A DNA stretch of 32,000 nucleotides. Source: Candidatus Hermodarchaeota archaeon. Its GTDB lineage: Archaea; Asgardarchaeota; Heimdallarchaeia; Hodarchaeales; Hodarchaeaceae. Shown in pieces: positions 17,192-27,900 of this stretch (position 1 is its first letter; each line of letters begins with the position of its first letter). The translations under genes and the position numbers were made by a program. The notes beneath the pieces were generated by a model that ran no database searches, was not told where the DNA came from, and saw nothing but the letters and a program-made list of their open reading frames with translations. The stretch is taken from positions 60,001 to 92,000 of the forward strand of contig JBHLKY010000015.1 in NCBI GenBank assembly GCA_048886185.1, read 5' to 3'.

Positions 17192-18778
17192 ATGGGAATA
17201 ATCACTAAAATTCGATCGCAGCGGAAGAGGATTAACTGGTGGAGAGAGTATTCTCTTTCTCTAATAATTATTTTAGTGATGACTATCGCTTCTGGACTAG
17301 CATCTTCTCAGTATATTCTTATGAGCGATTGGTACTCTGTGGGTCCTTTTCTCGTAGGATCAGAAGAAGATACGTGTCCTCCCTTGGTCGAGGCAGCTTT
17401 TGTTCCTATCCACGTAGAAAGGACAGAAGGAACTTTCACAATTGATTTCACAGTAATTGATGATATAGATCCTGAACCAGATGTCACCGCAATTCTCCAA
17501 GTTTTTTTGCCAGAAGGCTGGCGAGATTGGGATACTATTGAACATGAGGATGGATCTAAGATCAAAATAGAAATCGATTATGATGATGAAGAAATAGAAA
17601 TAAAAGGTCCTAATTCAGAAAAAATCTTGAATGATCTCATAAATCTCGGGGGATTAGTAATAGATAATGGTCAGCTTCTGAAGATCGAGCTAAAAGATGA
17701 TAAAGTAGAGATAGAGCTAATAGAACCCCAAACAGGTAAAATAGAACTAGAAGATTTTGAAGGAGAGCCTATTTCAATGGTGAATAAATTACTTAAGGTT
17801 ACAGCTGTGGATGACGCTGGGAATTTAGGTATCGCTACTGCGACCCCATCTTTCGATGATGATAAGATAGACACATGTTCCTCACCGATAGAATTTATAG
17901 AAGAACAGATAGTCTTATTAGAAAATATAAAGAGTTCAGAAGCAGAAGAAGAAATTGAAACCGCTATAGAATATCTTAGCATGGCGATTGAAGCCTTCAA
18001 AATAGACCTCATAAGATGTGCAATGAATAAAATTAGACTTGCGGTCGAAAACTTGATAGATGCCCAAGATGAAGATGGGGCAGATACTCAAGAAGTAATA
18101 GATAATCTAATCAATTGGGTTCGATGTATAGTAGATCAAGCTATGAATACTGCTATTGATTTGCTAGGAGAGGAAAATTCACACATCATTGAAGCACAAG
18201 AAAAATGTGGAACTGCTTTCTTAAAAATAGACCAAGGAAAATACGATGAAGCAATCACGAAATTCAAGGAAGTATATACTGATCTTATGAAAGAATTGCA
18301 TAATTATATTTCTACCCTCAGCGTATCTACAACAGACACTTCTGCAACAATTACACTAAGATTATATAGAGTAGGTTTTGTGGTATGCTATTATGGTATT
18401 GGTACGCCAACATACTCAACTGAAGTTACATCATTATCTCGTAATCATGAAATCATTTTAACAGGACTCATTCCCGACTCTGAATATTCATACTATCTCG
18501 AAATTACTTTTGATCTTGAATTTCCTGATAACCCTGGGGGGAATACCGATCGATATCCATATGATTTAAGCTATCTAACCTTTACAACGACTGATGAGAT
18601 GAAAATCACAACTGAAGAACCAACCACTAAAGATGATTCTCTAGGACTTTCTTCTAGCTGGAGTATTTCTTCTGATTTGAGTGATAACACTCCAGGATTT
18701 GAAATAATTCTTATCATAGTGTGCCTGCTTTCAGGTGTTTTCTTATTTAAAAGAAGAAAAAAATCTAAGCAACCATGA
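17192..18778 (+). CDS. cell-surface protein with signal peptide, acidic Ig-like and helical regions, FN3-like domain and PGF-CTERM-like anchor
   Basis: N-terminal hydrophobic helix; VTAVDDAGN Ig-type motif; Ser/Thr-rich linker; ends TPGFEIILIIVCLLSGVFLFKRRKK. Confidence 0.8.
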   Translation: MGIITKIRSQRKRINWWREYSLSLIIILVMTIASGLASSQYILMSDWYSVGPFLVGSEEDTCPPLVEAAFVPIHVERTEGTFTIDFTVIDDIDPEPDVTAILQVFLPEGWRDWDTIEHEDGSKIKIEIDYDDEEIEIKGPNSEKILNDLINLGGLVIDNGQLLKIELKDDKVEIELIEPQTGKIELEDFEGEPISMVNKLLKVTAVDDAGNLGIATATPSFDDDKIDTCSSPIEFIEEQIVLLENIKSSEAEEEIETAIEYLSMAIEAFKIDLIRCAMNKIRLAVENLIDAQDEDGADTQEVIDNLINWVRCIVDQAMNTAIDLLGEENSHIIEAQEKCGTAFLKIDQGKYDEAITKFKEVYTDLMKELHNYISTLSVSTTDTSATITLRLYRVGFVVCYYGIGTPTYSTEVTSLSRNHEIILTGLIPDSEYSYYLEITFDLEFPDNPGGNTDRYPYDLSYLTFTTTDEMKITTEEPTTKDDSLGLSSSWSISSDLSDNTPGFEIILIIVCLLSGVFLFKRRKKSKQP

Positions 18779-18826
18779 ATAACTAAAAGATTTTCCCTTT
18801 ATTCGGAGCAGTAGCCCTAATACTGA

Positions 18827-19459
18827 GCTGGTCTAGGGCAAACTGGCCGAACATGGGGGATTTATAGAGGATTGTACTCAAATGAGAAAATCGTCCGCAA
18901 TATCGTCATACTAGCAAAAGGGATGAATTCAGGTATCTATCCCCTCTCAACTACCAGTTATTAACCAAAATTTACACAAATCTTTGAAGAAAACCCATTT
19001 TTACGTATCTCCAGCACAGAGTGATCTGAATTAGGTTTTTACTTAATAAGAAAGATGTTGAGTATTATTTCTCAACCTAAATTCCTGAAGCATGTCCAAG
19101 ATATGCGATCTGAGTTCAGTGGGGGATTATTGGAACTTCAAGAAAGTTATTCTGAGAAGATAGTAGATGTCAGAGGCCACGAACTGATGTGGGGGATTGA
19201 ATTTATAGATGAGTTCACCTCATTACATTTTACTTTAACAATGATTAAAAAGGGGGTGTGGTGTGATTATTACTGTTATCACAAGGTTACAAATAAATTT
19301 TTCCCACTGACTATTATTAGAACTACGGATATAGACGAGATCCTTAAAAGGACAGGAAAGTCCCTAAAGGAAATTAAAATAAATCATGAAATAAAAGAAA
19401 AATCGAATGTAATACAAATCTCTAGATTCTTATTGAATAACATTAAATACATCATGTAA
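18827..19459 (+). pseudogene. 5'-truncated, nonsense-disrupted copy of the class III aminotransferase
   Basis: One frame reads AGLGQTGRTWGIYRGLY...LAKGMNSGIYPLSTTSY*PKF...ISSTE*SELG...GVWCDYYCYHKVTNKF. It is collinear with 7751-8302 and has stops at 18962-18964 (TAA) and 19022-19024 (TGA). The track ORF 19055-19459 is only its distal part. Confidence 0.9.
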
Positions 19460-19463
19460 TGAA

Positions 19464-20951
19464 TTGATAATCGATTTCAATAAAGGGCAGGAAACCATGA
19501 TAATCATCAGAAATAAAGTTCTAAGATTTAGTCTGAGTATCTTCTGGTTTTTAACAACATTAATTTTGGTTGTTCCATTACTTCAAACGGATTGTATTGA
19601 TTATTATCCCTCTGATGATGAATTTGAGATCCTAGGGTTTAATGTGCAAATTTACTTTGATCCTAAACCCGAACCGGAACCCAAAACCATTTCTTCAGGC
19701 ATTGATAAAATTAAGGGGATCATTAATATCACTGGGGAGTTTTCAGGGTATTTTTTTGGAATTATAATTGATTCTTATGGTACCATCTATAACAATGAGA
19801 CGATTTTTTCAAACGAAAATATTGGTAAACTCACCATCCAACTCAACTCTTCCCATAAGGCTTATACGGAAGAAATTCTAATTGAAACACCAAACTCAAA
19901 TGGTCAATTCACAGTTTACATGGTAGCATACTTTGTTTGGTGGGAGGAAATGACTTACGATTTTTCTGGTGATAAAGTCGTAAAACTTGATGCTGAATAC
20001 CAAAAGCTAGGGTTTGATCTAGCAAATATAATCATTCCAAGTGCGATTTTTCTCTTCTGTATCAGTATGATATTTATCTCTGTGTTTGCATATAGGAAAA
20101 TACACAAGCAGAAGGATATTGATACTAATGAGATTAATAAGCGATTAGAGCAAATAATCATATTTAATAAACAGTTTTTTACTCGGTCAGGTGGTTTTAA
20201 AGATTTAGATCTCAATTCCATGATTTCTTGGGACAAACCTGGACAGCTCAATTTATTAGAACAGAGAAAACAAGAGCTAGAACAAAAATTGAAGAAATTA
20301 GAACCAAGACAGAAAGAATTAAATGGGATTGCTAAAAGATTAGAGGAAGCTAGAAATCCTGTTCTCAATAATGATCTCTTTAAGGTTATTTCATCTCACT
20401 TTATTCATGCAAGCAGAAAAAGAGAAAATTATCCATCAATCAATCATGTTGAAGAAAAGGTTCGTGAATTAAGGAACTCTCTCAGGGAAGGTAGATGGGA
20501 TGAACTACAAGATCTTGAGAAGGTAAAGCTTGCATGGATAATATGCGAATCCTACATACGAGAAACAAACACCGAAGAGGTTTTATTGGGAAAAAACAGA
20601 GATCCTGAAAAAGAAGCTATAGCGCTTACAATGTATGTCAAGAACTTTATTCAAACCGAAACCAATACACGGTGGCCTCCAGATCGTAACCTAATATTAA
20701 AAACAATAGAAGAGTCAAAAACAGATTTGGATATAATTAGTAATTTAATAATAAAATTGAGAAAATCAAATAAAAAATCCATAAGAAAATACTTGAAAAA
20801 ATGTGAAACCATAAAGCAAGAAGCAGAAGATAATTTGAAATGGCTTAAATCAAGGGAGGCTGATATTGATACTGATATAGCAAGTCGAAATTTAATAAGA
20901 TTAAATAAATTAATCAATTTGCTAGATAATGAGCTTAATTTGTTAAGCTGA
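19464..20951 (+). CDS. single-pass membrane protein: signal peptide, beta-rich ectodomain, TM, cytoplasmic coiled coil and helical domain
   Basis: Hydrophobic segments FSLSIFWFLTTLILVVPLL and IIIPSAIFLFCISMIFISVFAY; heptads LLEQRKQELEQKLKKLEPRQKELNGIAKRLEEA. True start may be ATG 19497. Confidence 0.75.
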   Translation: MIIDFNKGQETMIIIRNKVLRFSLSIFWFLTTLILVVPLLQTDCIDYYPSDDEFEILGFNVQIYFDPKPEPEPKTISSGIDKIKGIINITGEFSGYFFGIIIDSYGTIYNNETIFSNENIGKLTIQLNSSHKAYTEEILIETPNSNGQFTVYMVAYFVWWEEMTYDFSGDKVVKLDAEYQKLGFDLANIIIPSAIFLFCISMIFISVFAYRKIHKQKDIDTNEINKRLEQIIIFNKQFFTRSGGFKDLDLNSMISWDKPGQLNLLEQRKQELEQKLKKLEPRQKELNGIAKRLEEARNPVLNNDLFKVISSHFIHASRKRENYPSINHVEEKVRELRNSLREGRWDELQDLEKVKLAWIICESYIRETNTEEVLLGKNRDPEKEAIALTMYVKNFIQTETNTRWPPDRNLILKTIEESKTDLDIISNLIIKLRKSNKKSIRKYLKKCETIKQEAEDNLKWLKSREADIDTDIASRNLIRLNKLINLLDNELNLLS

Positions 20952-21002
20952 ATAAATTTAATTCAGAAATTGAACGAGATCCATCATAATTGAGCCAATA
21001 AA

Positions 21003-21356
21003 ATGAATGAATCAATAAAGTTTTTGTACCGTGCTTTGGGAGGCACCCTCCTAATCATCCTGATAATTATTTGTGGAATAATAGCACTTGCTTTTCTTGT
21101 GGCTGGAGTTGCCCTTGCAGGGCTTTCGTGGTTATTATTTATTTCTCCAGATATCTTAAAGACTTATCGTATATCATTCTTAGGTGAACGGGTAGTCGAT
21201 CCCTTTCAGGCTTTTTTATTATTCCTTTTATCAGGATTAACCTTAGCAGCTTTTGGTATTATTCTATTTGGATGTCTATATTTTGCTAGTAAAGCCATTC
21301 AAAAAATAGCTAAAGACTTAATAAGTGAAAGAGCGCAAAGCAAGGAAACTTCATGA
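21003..21356 (+). CDS. small membrane protein, tandem paralog 1
   Basis: Two long hydrophobic blocks; YRALGGTLL and RISFLGER are shared with the next gene. Confidence 0.7.
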   Translation: MNESIKFLYRALGGTLLIILIIICGIIALAFLVAGVALAGLSWLLFISPDILKTYRISFLGERVVDPFQAFLLFLLSGLTLAAFGIILFGCLYFASKAIQKIAKDLISERAQSKETS

Positions 21357-21452
21357 AAATTCTAATTTAGAATTTTGATGATGAATTAATGTAGAAAACG
21401 AAATAAAAGAATTCTCCCACCTAGATTGAAAAATAGATGCTGTGTAAATGAA

Positions 21453-21899
21453 ATGAGTGAACCAATAAAGTTAGGGTACCGTGCTTTAGGAGGCACCCTC
21501 CTAGTTATTCTGATAATTATTTGCGGAACAATAGCAATTGCTTTTCTAATAGCTGGAATTGCCCTTATGGCATATATTTCATGGTTGCCCTATATCGATC
21601 CAAGCTTCTTACAGACTATTCGCATATCATTCTTAGGTGAACGGATATTAGATCCTTCCTATGCTTTCTTATTGTTCTTTATATCAGGATTGACCTTGGC
21701 AGCGGTCGGAATTATTATATTTGGGTTTTTATATTATGTTGCTAAAACTGCTGAATTAATTGACAAGGATTTATCAAATTCAGTGGAAAATACTTTGCCA
21801 AGTCTCAAAGTTCTTAAAAGCCGAAAAGGAAAAGCAGTCTTTATATTGGGAATAATGTTGTTTGGCACAGTCCTTACATTTCTCGCTTTAATTTTTTAA
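21453..21899 (+). CDS. small membrane protein, tandem paralog 2 with an extra C-terminal TM
   Basis: ATG 21453 (MSEPIK) aligns with the paralog start. Extra tail KAVFILGIMLFGTVLTFLALIF. Confidence 0.72.
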   Translation: MSEPIKLGYRALGGTLLVILIIICGTIAIAFLIAGIALMAYISWLPYIDPSFLQTIRISFLGERILDPSYAFLLFFISGLTLAAVGIIIFGFLYYVAKTAELIDKDLSNSVENTLPSLKVLKSRKGKAVFILGIMLFGTVLTFLALIF

Positions 21900-21940
21900 T
21901 AAATCATATATTAAGTCTGAATCCATGTCCAGCTTTGATG

Positions 21941-24900
21941 TCATGTATTTTTCTTTCGCTTTAATAACAATGTACTTGCCGTGAAAGACACTATTACAAC
22001 TACACTAAAAGCTCCAAGAAGAAGAATTGGATCAAAAATAACTTCTTCAACTATAACTTGAAATGACTCTTTTGCTGTTTCTACAACATTCCCAGCCCTA
22101 TCCTTAATCTCCAAGTACCAATAGTATGTACCATCTTCCAGTTCATCATGATTGAAAGTATGGCTACGGCTTTTAGTAATATCCAATGAACTCCAAGATG
22201 CTTCTCCTTGATCTTCATGACGATACCATAACAAGACTTTCTCTATTCCAGAAGCATCTTTAGGTTCCCAAACAACTATAGATATAGTATTGTTCATTCC
22301 TGCTGTTAACACCTCCTCAGTCTGGTTTATTTTAGAGTAACTTGGAGGATTAAAATCACGGACTGTAGAGGACATGGTTTTTGTCGTATCGTTATTCCCT
22401 GCAGTATCATTATACCAGAAATACCACACCCATACATGACCATAAACTAATAGTGAGGAGTCAATCCTAAAACTCTGGTTTTCAGTAACAAGAGCGTTTA
22501 GCCATTTAGATGATGTACTATTATCTTTATAATAGAAATATATTTCATCCACTCCACTAGCATCTGTTGGTTCAGCGATCACAATTGATATTGTAGCAGA
22601 TTTATCATATTCTAGGGGAGAAATATCCTGCTGCATAGATAGGAATGAAGGAGGGGTATTATCGGTTACAGTGAAAGTATAGATGATCGTTTGATTACTA
22701 TTCCCTGCAGTATCATTAAACCAGAAGTACCAATCATAAAAATCAGGATATATTAGTGCCTTATTATCAAATGTATAATTGGCAGTGTTTGAAACATCTA
22801 TTGGATCCAACCATAAATTATTATCATGATTATTATGCCGATAATACAATAATATAGTGTCAACTCCACTGGCATCTTCCGGTTCTATCAAATTAACAGA
22901 AACAGTGAAATCAGCATCGTATTCAGGGTGGCCTTCAGTTAAGTGCCCTGCAACAGGTGCTATAGTATCGATTACTGTAAATGACAAGATATCTGTGCTT
23001 CCATAATTCCCAGCAGTATCGTTGAACCAGAAAAACCAGTCATATACTTGGCTAAAAGTTAACATCGAAGCTTTGAAGGTATAATTCTGGATATAAGAGA
23101 CATCTATATGTTTCCATGCTTCATTGTTCACACGATAGTAAAGAAGAACTGTATCTACACCACTAGCATCCTCAGGTTCCGAAATATCGACAGAAACAGT
23201 ATTTGACTCACAATATTGGATTACTGTATCTTCTTGGAATGGATCTTCTGAACCTTGAGGTATTGTTGTATTTTGTTGAAATAGATCAGAAAAAGTTGGC
23301 GCAGTCGTATCGATTATAATAAACGATTGAGTGGCAGTTAGATTGCTATTACCAGCTGTATCATTAAACCAGAAATACCAGTCGTAATTTTGGTTATAGC
23401 TAAGCATGTCTGCTGTGAATATGTAACTGCTTGTGTCTGAAACATCAACAAAAATCCATGAACCATTATTATTTACCTGATAGTAAAGCAGAATAGTTTC
23501 TACTCCGCTGGCTTGATCAGACTCAATTACGTTAACTTCAACAATATTTGTTTCATCGTATTCAATATGGGTATTTGTTTGAGTGGGATTTGTATAAGTG
23601 GGAGAGGTCTTGTCTACTACACTGAAAGAATAAATTGCTGTTGTGTTTGAATTGCCAGCTAAATCATTAATCAGGAAGTACCACTTGTAAAATTGACCAT
23701 AGATAAACATATCGGATGTAAAAGTGTAATTCTTCATTGTAGTGACATCAACCATTAACCACGCTCCATTATCTACTTGATAGAAAAGTAGAATAGTGTC
23801 AATACCGCTAGAACCTTCAGGTTCATCTGGAATAATAAAAACAGTGTTAAACTCAGTATATTCTGGTAAAGAATTCGTCTGATTCACTTCAGAATAAAGA
23901 CGAGGTCCGATATCTGTTATAATAAAGAATAGAATAGGAGTCTGATGACTAAATCCAGAAGTTTCATTGATCCAATAATAACATTCCCAAATTTGTCCAT
24001 AAAACAGAAGATCTGAATAGAACATGAAATTATGACTTGTTGAGATATTTATACTAGTCCAGGTTTCATCATCTACCCTATAGTAAAGAAGACAAGTATC
24101 AATATTTGAAATATTTTCTACTCCAAAGAAGACAATATGATCAAGATCATAATTTACTTCAGCTGTTTCTTGATAAATCCAGATATTATTCTCGCTATAG
24201 TAATTGAACTGAAGGTACTCGTGATTTCCATCTGGATTACCTAATCCTGGTTTAATATTGAAAATAACTGATGAAATTGAATTGTACGAGGAATTTACTA
24301 GGTATATACTCGTACTATTTCCACCAGGTCCATTAGATGACGCATACCCCCCTTCTCCACCTATTCCACCAATAATATCAGAAACGATGTTGTTTTGAAT
24401 AATGTTATAAGTTGAATTCAAGAGATAAATGCCAATTCCTACACCACCAGAACCCCCAGAGGCTTGATATCCTCCTGTCCCACCTATTCCTCCCTTTATG
24501 TTCTTAATGGTATTATTTTTGATGATTATGTTTTCAGAATTTAAGAGAAAGATAGCAACACCTGATTCTCCAAGATAACCAGGAATAGTCGATGCTCCAG
24601 TGGCTCCAGCAGCTCCTTGATAGTTTGATATGATATTATTCATAACAGTGATGTTATGACAATTGATTAATACAATCTTTCCAAGATTGGTTGGATTACT
24701 TTGGGCAGTAAGAGTGTATCCTTCAATAACTGTATCTGCTTGACCGAAAAGGTAGATGATAAGGTTATAATCAAGACGGTTTGTTTGAAGGAGATTGTTA
24801 AAACTATTATTTTCGAGAAAAATGCCAAAAGCTGATCCTTTAGTCCCATTAACATTACCACGGCCACCTATAGCTTCCATTATATTGTTGATATTATTAT

Positions 24901-27900
24901 ATCGTAACAGATTTTCAGTGGAGTTAGAGAAATATATTCCTGCACCGATTCCGCCATTCCCTCCAGAGCCATAGGAGCTATCTGCAGTTCCCCCTATTCC
25001 CCCTATAATATCATTAATCCAATTACTATAAAAACGATTCTTAGTTGAATTAGACAGATATATCCCTGTTCCGATGCCACCATTCCCTCCCGAGCTATAG
25101 GAACCATTTGCGGCTCCCCCCATTCCACCAGTAATATCAGTAATCAAATTGAAAGAAAAGTAATTATCATGGGAGTTTGACAAAAATATTCCTGCACCGA
25201 TCCCATCATTCCCTCCCGAGCTATTAGTGTCGTTTGTTCCCTCTCCTATTCCCCCACTGATATCAGTGATTGAGTTGAAAGTGATATAATTATCGTCGGA
25301 ATAATACAAGTATATTCCTGTTCCAATATTACCAAGTGAATAAGGGTTTTTTATTAAATCTCCCGAATGTTCAATATTGTTAATTTGATTTTCTTGGATA
25401 ACATTATTAGTAGAATGACTTAATGTAATCCCATTGAAACTGATGTTGATAAAAGTATTCGAATAGAGATTATTATTCGAGGAATTTCTTAAATAAAGCC
25501 CAAAATAATTATTTTTGAAAGTATTATCTTTAATAAGGCAATTACTGGCATGATCAAGTATCAGAGGATAGTAATTATTTATGAAATAAGAATTAGTGAT
25601 CTGAACACCATCAGTATTGATCCATAAGCTTCCAAATTCACTAGAAGCATTTCCACAATAAGAAATAGAACTGCTGTTCATACGGAAAGAAGAACCATTT
25701 TTTACTTTTATTTGGTAGGAGTTGGTTGAATCTATGGAAGTAATGGATGACCCAGTTTCAATAGTAAGACTACCACCTTTGAAAATCTCAATACGGGATT
25801 GACTACTGGATATGTAAGTCATATAAACGGTAATGTTTCGAAGAGTTAGAGTTCCGTTTTTAAGGATAAGTAAATTCCCATTAAGGGTTAAAATATCATT
25901 CTCAAGAATTATCGTGTGATTTTCGATAATCCAATCACCCATGGATGGTAAATTGAAGTGTTTTACAACAGAGAGCCATACTGTATCTTTTGCTTGGTTA
26001 TTCTTTTGATCAAAAACTATCAATGTGTAGTTGTAATCGCCTATAGGAAGTTCAGTGATTTGAAGATCGATTGAAGATCCATTCCAAGGGCCTGAAAGAA
26101 TAACAGTTCCATTTTGATAGATGACATAAGAAGAGGGATAAACATCATTAGGAAGCCAACTAAGCTCCGTGTCAGTTACACCTTCAGAAATAGTCACATC
26201 AAAAGGATGATTAATGTTGGGAACTGTCAAATCTTCCACATAGAATGATTTAAATCCTACATAGTGGCTAGTATCGTCACTATTACCCGCTGTATCATTA
26301 TACCAGAAATACCAGTTATAAATCTGACCATAGGTAAGCATCTCCTCAGTAAAGGTGTAAGTGCTGGTCTCCGTGACATCCACGATTATCCAAGACATAA
26401 AGTTTATTCGATAATAGAGTAGGATAGTATCCACACCACTTGCGTCCTGCGGTTCAGTTATAGTTACTGATACGGTATTAGATTCATCATATTCTGGCTT
26501 GACACTAGTCTGTGTTAGATCAGAGAAACTTGGTACAGTGTTATCAATTACATTGAAAAACTGCTTTATGGACTGATCATTGTTACCTGCGGTGTCATTA
26601 AACCAAAAGTACCACTCATAACTTTGATTATATGCAAGATCTGCAAAAGTGTAACTGCTAGTAGTACTGCAGTCTACCTCTTCCCAAGAATCATTGTTGA
26701 TACGATAGTATAATAAAATCTTATCAACACCACTTGCGTCTGATTCTTCACTGACTACGATAGAAACAGTATTGATCTCATCATATTCAGGTGTATTTGC
26801 TACCTGATTTGGAGGTTCTATAATTTCAGGTACAAAATTATCAACTACTTCGAAAGAGAACTCATTACTGAAAGCTATATTACCAACAGTATCATTATAA
26901 CCAATCTTCCATTTGTAAACCTGACCATAGAATAACATTAGATCATTAAAGGTGAAAGATTGAGTAGTTGTAATTTCTACAATTGTAAATGTTTGCCAAT
27001 TATTTATTGTATAATTGATCCATACTGTATCGACACCACTAGCATCAAAGGATTCAGTCACTAAAATGGAAACAGAAGTAGAACCATTAAACTCGGGAGT
27101 GGAATCAGTTTGAACTGGTTTAATCTCGACATCTGGGGCATATGAATCTATAACTACAAAAGAAAATTCAGAGCTAATTGCATAATTTCCTATGGAGTCG
27201 TTATATCCAATAATCCATTGAAAGGTTTGACCAAACACCAACAATGATTCATTAAAGGTGTAGTATTGCGTTTTACTAATATTAGCTACTGTGAATGACT
27301 GCCAATTATTCGAAGTGTAATTAATCCATATAGTATCGATACCTGCGGCGTCAGAGGGTTCAGCCACAACAATAGAAGCAATTACAGTACCATTATAATC
27401 AGGTGTGGAGGTAGTTTGGCTAGGTGTTATACTAACATCAGGTGAATAACTATCGATAACAGTAAAGGTGAATTCATTACTGGTAGCAAAATTGCCTGCA
27501 GTGTCGTTATAGGCTATTATCCATCTATATATCTGGCCATATTCAAGATTTGTATCTGTAAAGATGAAAGTTTGAGTCTCTGTTATGTTAATCACTAGAA
27601 AATTGTTCCAGTTGTCAATTGTATAATTAATCCAGACAGTATCCACGCCACTTGCATCTCCAGGTTCAGACACAGTGATGGAAGCAATAACGGTACCGTT
27701 ATATTCAGGGGTAGTGGTGGTTTGAGCAGCTGGAGTGATTAAATCAGGAATATAAGAGTCGATGACTGAGAAGGAGTGTTCCTCACTCGAAGCGGTGTTT
27801 CCCACAGTGTCGTTATAAAGAATAACCCATTGATAGACTTGGTTATAGAATAATAATGAGTCTGTAAAGACAAATGTTTGTGTTTTTGTAATATTGACCA

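Noticed and set aside
18962-19024. Selenocysteine/pyrrolysine readthrough in the second aminotransferase
   Set aside because: One stop is TAA, the TGA aligns to Gly, and the 5' half of the gene is missing. It is a pseudogene.
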